This document shows positions 57,736 through 64,000 of a DNA stretch of 64,000 nucleotides, piece by piece. A program made the translations under genes and the position numbers. Under the pieces are notes generated by a model. That model had not been told where the DNA came from. It ran no database searches and saw only the letters and a list, made by a program, of their open reading frames with translations. The first letter of the stretch is position 1; the number at the start of each line of letters is the position of its first letter. The DNA comes from Chthoniobacteraceae bacterium (GTDB lineage Bacteria; Verrucomicrobiota; Verrucomicrobiia; Chthoniobacterales; Chthoniobacteraceae), in NCBI GenBank assembly GCA_031409335.1, contig JANNWY010000214.1, positions 1 to 64,000 of the forward strand, in the 5' to 3' direction.

Positions 57736-57835
57736 GGAAATTCCGAATTCCAAGCGTAAAATTCCGGCCTTACGCCGGGAACGATCTTCCGGCTGAAATT
57801 TGTTTGTAATTCGGTGCTTGGGATTTGGAATTTCC
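57736..57835. repeat. Imperfect 20-bp inverted repeat with inner hairpin upstream of mdh
   Basis: ggaaattccgaattccaagc / gcttgggatttggaatttcc; inner tccggc-cttac-gccggg. Confidence 0.55.
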
Positions 57836-57875
57836 CGCAAACGGTGTTTCATCTCCGGTCCTCAAAAAAACACCT

Positions 57876-58859
57876 ATGAAAACTCCCATCCGTGTCGCCG
57901 TCACTGGCGCAGCCGGTCAGATCGGCTACTCACTCCTTTTTCGCATCGCCTCCGGCGCCATGTTCGGCCCGGATCAGCCGGTCGAACTCAACCTCATCGA
58001 AATCGCCCCCGCGCTCCCGACCCTCGGCGGCGTGGTAATGGAACTCGATGACTGCGCATTTCCCCTCCTGAAAAAAATCGTGGCCACCGCCGATCTCGAC
58101 GAGGGATTCAAAGGTGTGAACTGGGCGCTGCTCGTCGGCAGCGTCCCGCGCAAGGCTGGGATGGAGCGCAAGGATTTGCTCGGGATCAACGGGAAGATTT
58201 TCATCGGCCAGGGCCAGGCGATCGCGCGCAATGCCGCCTCGGACGCGCGCATTCTCGTCGTCGGAAATCCGTGCAACACGAATAGCCTCATCGCGATGAA
58301 CAACGCGAAGAGCATCCCTGCGGATCGCTGGTTTGCGATGACGCGGCTCGATGAAAATCGCGCGAAAGCCCAGCTCGCCGCGAAGGCGGGCGTGGACATC
58401 ACGCGCGTGTCGAATGTGGCGATTTGGGGAAATCATTCCGCCACGCAATATCCCGATTTTCACAATGCGCGGATCGACGGACGCGCCGTCACCGATGTCA
58501 TCGCGGATCACGGATGGCTCGAAGGCGACTTCATTGCCACGGTGCAGCAGCGCGGCGCGGCGATCATCAAGGCGCGCGGCTCTTCCAGCGCCGCATCCGC
58601 CGCGAATGCCGTGGTGGACACCGTGCGTTCGCTGACGACGCTGACGCCGGATGGCGACTGGTACAGCGTCGCCGTGTGCGCCAACGGTGAATACGGCACC
58701 GACGCCGGCCTCATTTCGTCGTTCCCCATCCGCACGACTTCCGGCAGCTACGAGATCGTGAATGGCGTGCCGGTAAATGCATTCAGCCGCACAAGAATCG
58801 ACGCTACGCTCAACGAACTGCGCGAAGAGAAATCGCTCGTGGCGGAACTGCTGGGCTAA
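57876..58859 (+). CDS. mdh: Malate dehydrogenase
   Basis: [46 protein letters not shown]. Confidence 0.97.
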   Translation: MKTPIRVAVTGAAGQIGYSLLFRIASGAMFGPDQPVELNLIEIAPALPTLGGVVMELDDCAFPLLKKIVATADLDEGFKGVNWALLVGSVPRKAGMERKDLLGINGKIFIGQGQAIARNAASDARILVVGNPCNTNSLIAMNNAKSIPADRWFAMTRLDENRAKAQLAAKAGVDITRVSNVAIWGNHSATQYPDFHNARIDGRAVTDVIADHGWLEGDFIATVQQRGAAIIKARGSSSAASAANAVVDTVRSLTTLTPDGDWYSVAVCANGEYGTDAGLISSFPIRTTSGSYEIVNGVPVNAFSRTRIDATLNELREEKSLVAELLG

Positions 58860-58904
58860 ACGGGGCGCGTCGGTGGAGGCCGTCGCTCCGCCGCGCCATG
58901 ACTC

Positions 58905-60302
58905 TCACACGCCGAAAGCGGCGGGAGGCAGCGCGCGGTCGATTTCTCCCAGCCGGTAGCCGAAGCCCGGCCCGCGGATGCTGCCTAAATCCACACAACC
59001 ATCCCTTCGCCTGTAAAGTCCCGGATGAACTGCGGCCTCCGGCGCGGATGCCTCGGGATAGAACTGCATGGCATTCGTTTCCACACCCATGATCGTCCCA
59101 ACATGGGAGGCGAGCGCGACGTGCGGGATCTGCGCGAGCATTGGGTTGGTGAGGTCTTGCACCATGAGTTGCATCCCGCGCGCCTTTGCCCAGCAGGCGG
59201 TCAGTAGCGCGCCGGTCTGCGTCTTGCAGGTTTTTAGCGCGACGCCGTTCCAACCCAGACGCCAACCCAGCCGGACCATCCGCCAATCATGCGCGCTTTC
59301 ATCGAGGAACAGCGGCCTGCGAGCTGACACGCTGCGGACATCGATCCGATGTTTTTCCAAGTCATACGGGAATGGCTGCTCGACATAGAGTAACATGTCG
59401 AAAATCCGGGGATGCTGGTCGCGCAGACGATCCAGGATGACGGAGACATAGTCGGGGTCGGTGACTGTGCAGTTAAAGTCGGCAGACAGATGTGCCACTG
59501 CGAGCGCCCCTGCGACCTCACCGACCCGCACCATGCGTTCGTAGTCCCATTCCGCGTCGGTGCCCCGCAGTTTTACTTTCAGGCATTTCAGGCCATCGAC
59601 ACGAATCCAGTCGGGCAATAGCACGGGATACCCATCGTTTGGCTCGTCGCCCTTTAACTCCGTCTGATCGAGCAAGTCCAATCCCCCGACCAGATGCCAT
59701 GCAGGCAATTGAGCGGATGGCTGGCTTTCAAGAAAATCCTGCGGGAACTTGCCCTCGAAACTCAAGCCGTCCGAAGCCTCCAGAAACGCCCCCAAATCAC
59801 GGTTCATGAAATCCGCGTTGTAGGTTTCGTAGATGGGTCGTTGCACGAGTTGCCCGAAGGCATCGTGCAGCGCGATGTCGAAGGGCGAACAGCAGACCAG
59901 CGCGGCGAGCCAGGGCATGGCTTCGGATTCCGCTTTGCGCGCCGCATTTGCCCGTGCCAGCAGCGAGGGGAGGATGTGCTCCTGGAAGTCATGGCCGATT
60001 TCCATGGCATGGCCTCGTGGCTCGAATGACGACCATGCACGGGCGAGTGCCACGCAGAAATCCTGCAATGCCTGGGCCCGTACACCGACAGGCAATGAAC
60101 TCGGCCAAACCCATGTCGAGCTGAGGGGTGTTTCGCCCCAACCCACCGCGGTTTCCCCGCGTTCATTTGCCACTCGCAACATCACCCGCGCGCACACGAC
60201 TTCTGTTACGGTCTCGGCTCCGAACTTCAACGGCACGCGAGTATGCACGGGCAGAAAGTAAAGCGAGGTGCCCACCACCCGGATGTCTGTGGCCTTGCTC
60301 AT
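58905..60302 (-). CDS. Enolase superfamily (mandelate racemase/MLE-like) protein
   Basis: LKVKL, ADFN, YVEQP, LDES, ALKTCK. Confidence 0.85.
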   Translation of the reverse strand: MSKATDIRVVGTSLYFLPVHTRVPLKFGAETVTEVVCARVMLRVANERGETAVGWGETPLSSTWVWPSSLPVGVRAQALQDFCVALARAWSSFEPRGHAMEIGHDFQEHILPSLLARANAARKAESEAMPWLAALVCCSPFDIALHDAFGQLVQRPIYETYNADFMNRDLGAFLEASDGLSFEGKFPQDFLESQPSAQLPAWHLVGGLDLLDQTELKGDEPNDGYPVLLPDWIRVDGLKCLKVKLRGTDAEWDYERMVRVGEVAGALAVAHLSADFNCTVTDPDYVSVILDRLRDQHPRIFDMLLYVEQPFPYDLEKHRIDVRSVSARRPLFLDESAHDWRMVRLGWRLGWNGVALKTCKTQTGALLTACWAKARGMQLMVQDLTNPMLAQIPHVALASHVGTIMGVETNAMQFYPEASAPEAAVHPGLYRRRDGCVDLGSIRGPGFGYRLGEIDRALPPAAFGV

Positions 60303-60311
60303 CGTCGGCGA

Positions 60312-61604
60312 TTAGTCTGGAAGCGGCTTATCCTTGGTTTCGGGCGCGAACCAGATGAGGACCATGCCGACGAGATATACCAGCACGATCGCTGCACCGG
60401 CTTTGGGGTAACTCTTGTCGAAGAAGGCCATCAGTGAACCCATTTGCCATGCGCCGACCGCGGCGACGATTCGTCCGCAATTGAAGGCCAGTCCCTGCCC
60501 GGTGGCGCGGACGCGGGTCGGGAATAGCTCCGGCAGGTACTGAGGCAGCCATCCATAGAAAGACGCGGTACACATTCCCACGACGAAAACGCCCGCGAGA
60601 AACCAGCCGTCGTAGTGCTCGAAGGATCGGAAGAGGACGCTGCACACGAGCAAAGAAACCAAGCACAGACAAAAGTAAACCGGACGCCGGCCAAACTTCC
60701 AACCGAGGAGGGGCGCGATCAAACTTCCGATCACTGCCCCGAGCGCGGATGCAAGCTGGATGTAGGCTTTGACCTTTGGCTGCTTGCCACCGGTCATCTG
60801 ATCCGCCCACAAGGGAATCCACTGCACGATGCCCCATGTAACGATGAGTGCCACCGACGAAAAGCAGATCGCCAGGAGGGTGGAGCGCAGCAGTTTCGGG
60901 CTAAAAATTTCGCGGATCGGATTTGAAGGACCATCCTTCAGCGATTTCTTCCAGCGCTCCGACTCTGGCACAAACAGCCGGATCAGGAAGGTGAGAAGGG
61001 CCGGCGTCATTCCCACGATCATCACCCAGCGCCAGGATTCGCGGGTGATTTCGAAGTTGATCCCGATGATCGCGATCGTGGCGTACCCGAGATTGGCCGC
61101 CGCGCCGATGAGGCCGGCCATCAGCGGACGTTTGCTCGCCGGCCAGCATTCCATGACGAGGGCCACGCCGAGCGCCCATTCGCCGCCCATGCCAAGCGCT
61201 GCGATGAAACGAAACGCACCGAGATGCCAGGGTTCCCGTGAGAAGTAGGCGAGGCCGGTAAAAAGGGAGTAGCAAAGGATGCTCAAACTCATCGCGCGCA
61301 CGCGACCCACCTTGTCGCCCAGCCAGCCGAAAACCACCCCACCCACGGCGGCGCCGAGCAGGAATAGGGCGGTGATTCGCCCCATCCACATTTGCACAAA
61401 TTTCTCGTCCAGCACGCCTGCCGCGAGTTGCATCTCCTGCAGCGCCGGTCGGGCGACGAGAGGGAAGATACCCATCTCCAAACCGTCAAACATCCAGCCA
61501 AGAAATGCCGCGAGAAAGGCCATCCATTGGGCGGACGTTAGCTTTGGTTCGCCCGCCGTCGGAGGGATTGTTCCGGTTATTGGACCGATTGAAATTTTAC
61601 TCAT
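60312..61604 (-). CDS. MFS transporter
   Basis: GWLGDKVGRVR, GMGGEW, PELFPTRVRATG, about 12 TM helices. Confidence 0.93.
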   Translation of the reverse strand: MSKISIGPITGTIPPTAGEPKLTSAQWMAFLAAFLGWMFDGLEMGIFPLVARPALQEMQLAAGVLDEKFVQMWMGRITALFLLGAAVGGVVFGWLGDKVGRVRAMSLSILCYSLFTGLAYFSREPWHLGAFRFIAALGMGGEWALGVALVMECWPASKRPLMAGLIGAAANLGYATIAIIGINFEITRESWRWVMIVGMTPALLTFLIRLFVPESERWKKSLKDGPSNPIREIFSPKLLRSTLLAICFSSVALIVTWGIVQWIPLWADQMTGGKQPKVKAYIQLASALGAVIGSLIAPLLGWKFGRRPVYFCLCLVSLLVCSVLFRSFEHYDGWFLAGVFVVGMCTASFYGWLPQYLPELFPTRVRATGQGLAFNCGRIVAAVGAWQMGSLMAFFDKSYPKAGAAIVLVYLVGMVLIWFAPETKDKPLPD

Positions 61605-61616
61605 CGGGACTCCCCA

Positions 61617-62399
61617 CTAATCGACGCCAATCAAGCTATCGCCAACATCGCCTGCCCTGTCTTGAGATCGCAACGGGATCGGTAGCGCTGGTTCGAGACT
61701 CTTCCGCCATTCATCTGCGAGTTCTTCGATGCCGCGGCCAGTGCGTGTTTCCCACAGCTCCGCGACGTCGCGCTTCTCGCGCAGGGCAGCGTTGAGTTCC
61801 TTGAGCAATTCCTTGTCGTATTTGCCGATGACGAAGTTTAGGAAATTCGCGCTGATGCGGTAGCTGCCATCGTGTTTCGCGGAGGCAGCGCGTTTCGGCG
61901 GGATTTCGCAGCCTTTCGACTCGGGCTCGTAAAGGTACCAACGGATGTAGTCCGGGATTCCCTCGACAAGCCATCCGGGCGGACGGCCTCCGCGATATTG
62001 CTGCACCACGTGAACGAGTTCATGCACGAGCGAGCCGATGGCTTCGCCTTTGAGCTGGATGCGATACCACGCGGGATTGCATTCGATGCGATTCCCACCA
62101 GTCGCGGCGACGCCTTTGTTACGTTCGGTAAAGGTAATGTTGAAGGTCTTTGGGGCGGAGTAGCCTTCACTCGGGAGCATGGCAACGATGAGCGGATACC
62201 ACTTTACCATGACGGGAATGAGATCGCGATGCGCCCACTCCGTAAGGTCGGGAGACTCAGTGGTATCGACCGTGAAACGGTAGCCACCCTCGGCGATTTC
62301 CACGGATTTGACGTTGGGCGTTTCATCCGGGAATGAGATTGCCGAGAGGCACGCGAAGACTGCAAGCGAAGCCGCCCACCCTCGCGATGCCGCAATCAC
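61617..62399 (-). CDS. Basic secretory protein (BSP)-like zinc peptidase
   Basis: HELVHVVQQY...WLVEGIPDYIRW. Confidence 0.8.
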   Translation of the reverse strand: MIAASRGWAASLAVFACLSAISFPDETPNVKSVEIAEGGYRFTVDTTESPDLTEWAHRDLIPVMVKWYPLIVAMLPSEGYSAPKTFNITFTERNKGVAATGGNRIECNPAWYRIQLKGEAIGSLVHELVHVVQQYRGGRPPGWLVEGIPDYIRWYLYEPESKGCEIPPKRAASAKHDGSYRISANFLNFVIGKYDKELLKELNAALREKRDVAELWETRTGRGIEELADEWRKSLEPALPIPLRSQDRAGDVGDSLIGVD

Positions 62400-62827
62400 G
62401 GATTGATGAAAATGCGGTCGCAGGATGGATCGACCACTTTCGCTCCGCGCGGAATGCCGGCTACGTCGATGAGATTCCGGTTGCCATAAGGGCTGCGGAC
62501 GAGTCCATAGCGGCCGGTGCGGGAACCCACCGGATAGCTGCGCTCGTAACTCCGGTATTCGCGATCGCGGCTGGAGTAGCGTGAATCGTAGTAGCCATCG
62601 TCGTATCCGCGTTCGCGCTCCCTTTTCGCAGCATGGCCGAGCAGTGCGCCGGCTCCCGCGCCGATGGCCGCGCCCGCGAGCGCGTCGCTGCCGCGCCCGT
62701 GCAGGAGACCGCCGATGGCTGCGCCGGTCGCCGCACCTGCGAGCGCGCTTTCGCCAGTGGTTTCGCAGCCGCTAAATGTGAATGCGCTGATGAGTGCGAG
62801 GGAAATGGCGGGAATGAATCTTTTCAT
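62396..62827 (-). CDS. Glycine-zipper lipoprotein
   Basis: Lipobox FSGC, GAATGAAIGG / GAAIGAGAG. Confidence 0.82.
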   Translation of the reverse strand: MKRFIPAISLALISAFTFSGCETTGESALAGAATGAAIGGLLHGRGSDALAGAAIGAGAGALLGHAAKRERERGYDDGYYDSRYSSRDREYRSYERSYPVGSRTGRYGLVRSPYGNRNLIDVAGIPRGAKVVDPSCDRIFINP

Positions 62828-62892
62828 GGTGTGTGGGACTTAGACTGAGAATCGACTTCGACGCAAGCGGCGGATGCCCATTCAAAATGCGA

Positions 62893-63672
62893 TCACGCGC
62901 CGAGCTTTTCGTAGAGCTTGGCGAGCCGGCGCGCGTGTTCATCGTAGGCGGACTCGAACAGTGCGACCGCGCGCTCTTCACCGACGATCACCGCGCCGCT
63001 CAGGACTTTTGGCGGATGCCCCGCGCGGGTGAGACGCGCGGCCACTTCCGCCTTGATCGCATTCACGAGCAGGCAGCCGCCGACCGTCGAGCCGGGCGCA
63101 ACCGGCGTGTCGAGCCCGTCGATTTTCACCATCGCATCGCCGACCGGCGCGCCGGTATCGAGCACGATGTCGGCGAAATCCTGGAGCTTGCGTCCGTCCG
63201 CGCGTTTGCTCGTGCTGGCCTCGCTGTGCGCGCGGCTGATGATCGCCACCACGCGCACGCCGCGCCGCTGAAATTCCCCGGCCATTTCGATCGGCACGAC
63301 ATTGCAGCCGCTGGATGAAATGACGAGCGCACTATCCTGCGACGAGAGATCGAAATTCCGCAGCACGCGCTCCGCGAGACCGCTCACGTTTTCGAGGAAC
63401 ATCGCCTGCCGCTGCCCGTTCGCGCCGACGACGAGATTGTGAAAGCTGAGCGACAGTTCGACGATCGGATTGAAGCCCGGAAACGAGCCGTAACGCGGCC
63501 ACATTTCCTCGACCAAAATCCGCGAATGGCCGCTGCCGAAAAGATGGACCATCCGCCCAGCGAGGATGGTCGCGGCGAAGAGGTCGGCGGCTTGCGCGAT
63601 GGCGTCGGTCTGCGCCTGCACGGCATCGACGAGCGCGCGGCATTTTGCGAGGTAGTCGAGGGCGGGAGTCAT
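62893..63672 (-). CDS. SIS-domain sugar isomerase-like protein
   Basis: HLFGSGHS, VISSSG.N, DTGAPVGDA. Confidence 0.87.
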   Translation of the reverse strand: MTPALDYLAKCRALVDAVQAQTDAIAQAADLFAATILAGRMVHLFGSGHSRILVEEMWPRYGSFPGFNPIVELSLSFHNLVVGANGQRQAMFLENVSGLAERVLRNFDLSSQDSALVISSSGCNVVPIEMAGEFQRRGVRVVAIISRAHSEASTSKRADGRKLQDFADIVLDTGAPVGDAMVKIDGLDTPVAPGSTVGGCLLVNAIKAEVAARLTRAGHPPKVLSGAVIVGEERAVALFESAYDEHARRLAKLYEKLGA

Positions 63673-63691
63673 GGGTGCCAGTCTGCGCTTT

Positions 63692-64000
63692 TCAAAACAT
63701 CAGCAAGGCTTCGTCTGGGTCGGCGAGGAACACCTTGATGGTTGCCGTATGGCTGGCAATGAGCGCAGCAATCGTGGACGTCGGACAATTGCCGAGGCAG
63801 AGATAGACCAGCTTTGGCGGATGTCCGCGGAGCAGGGAGAGAAAGTGGAAGTCAGCGTCCTTGGAGACGATCGCAAAGCCGTCTCGCGCGGCGCGCTCCC
63901 AAATCGTCGCATCGTCCGACTCTGCGAGGCCCAGTTGTTTGACGTGCGCCGAGCCGGGGAAGTCGGCAGCCACGGTTTGCACGAGCCGATCCGACAAATT
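63692..64000 (-). CDS. DUF5615-family PIN-like protein, 5' end outside window
   Basis: NLSDRL...DDATIW...IVSKDADF...GHPPKLVYLCLGN. Confidence 0.85.
   Translation of the reverse strand, partial: NLSDRLVQTVAADFPGSAHVKQLGLAESDDATIWERAARDGFAIVSKDADFHFLSLLRGHPPKLVYLCLGNCPTSTIAALIASHTATIKVFLADPDEALLMF

Overview
GC-rich bacterial chromosomal window. Its gene content (PEP-CTERM proteins, DUF1501 with DUF1549/DUF1553, PVC-type CxxCH protein, lamin-tail/CotH protein) points to Verrucomicrobia or another PVC lineage. Bases 1-9276 are the right part of an integrative conjugative/mobilizable element: coupling protein, MOBF relaxase, rep-like gene, xis and tyrosine integrase, ending in a duplicated 3' half of tRNA-Pro(GGG). 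The rest is housekeeping genes interrupted by accessory patches. (1) A Phd/MazF toxin-antitoxin pair. (2) A polarised 21-bp repeat array. (3) A defence cluster of an intact GHKL-ATPase/PD-(D/E)xK nuclease and an SphI-like restriction-modification pair in which both genes are broken; GCATGC also appears depleted across the window. (4) A lipoprotein next to a multi-domain peptidoglycan hydrolase. (5) A RAYT transposase with REP/REPIN elements splitting deoB from deoA. (6) The best candidate for an undescribed system, at 53412-57616: a small basic peptide, a cytoplasmic astacin-like metalloprotease/CHAT-caspase fusion and a translationally coupled SGNH hydrolase, adjacent to a truncated aldehyde dehydrogenase remnant. 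All family calls come from motif recognition by eye; no searches were run.
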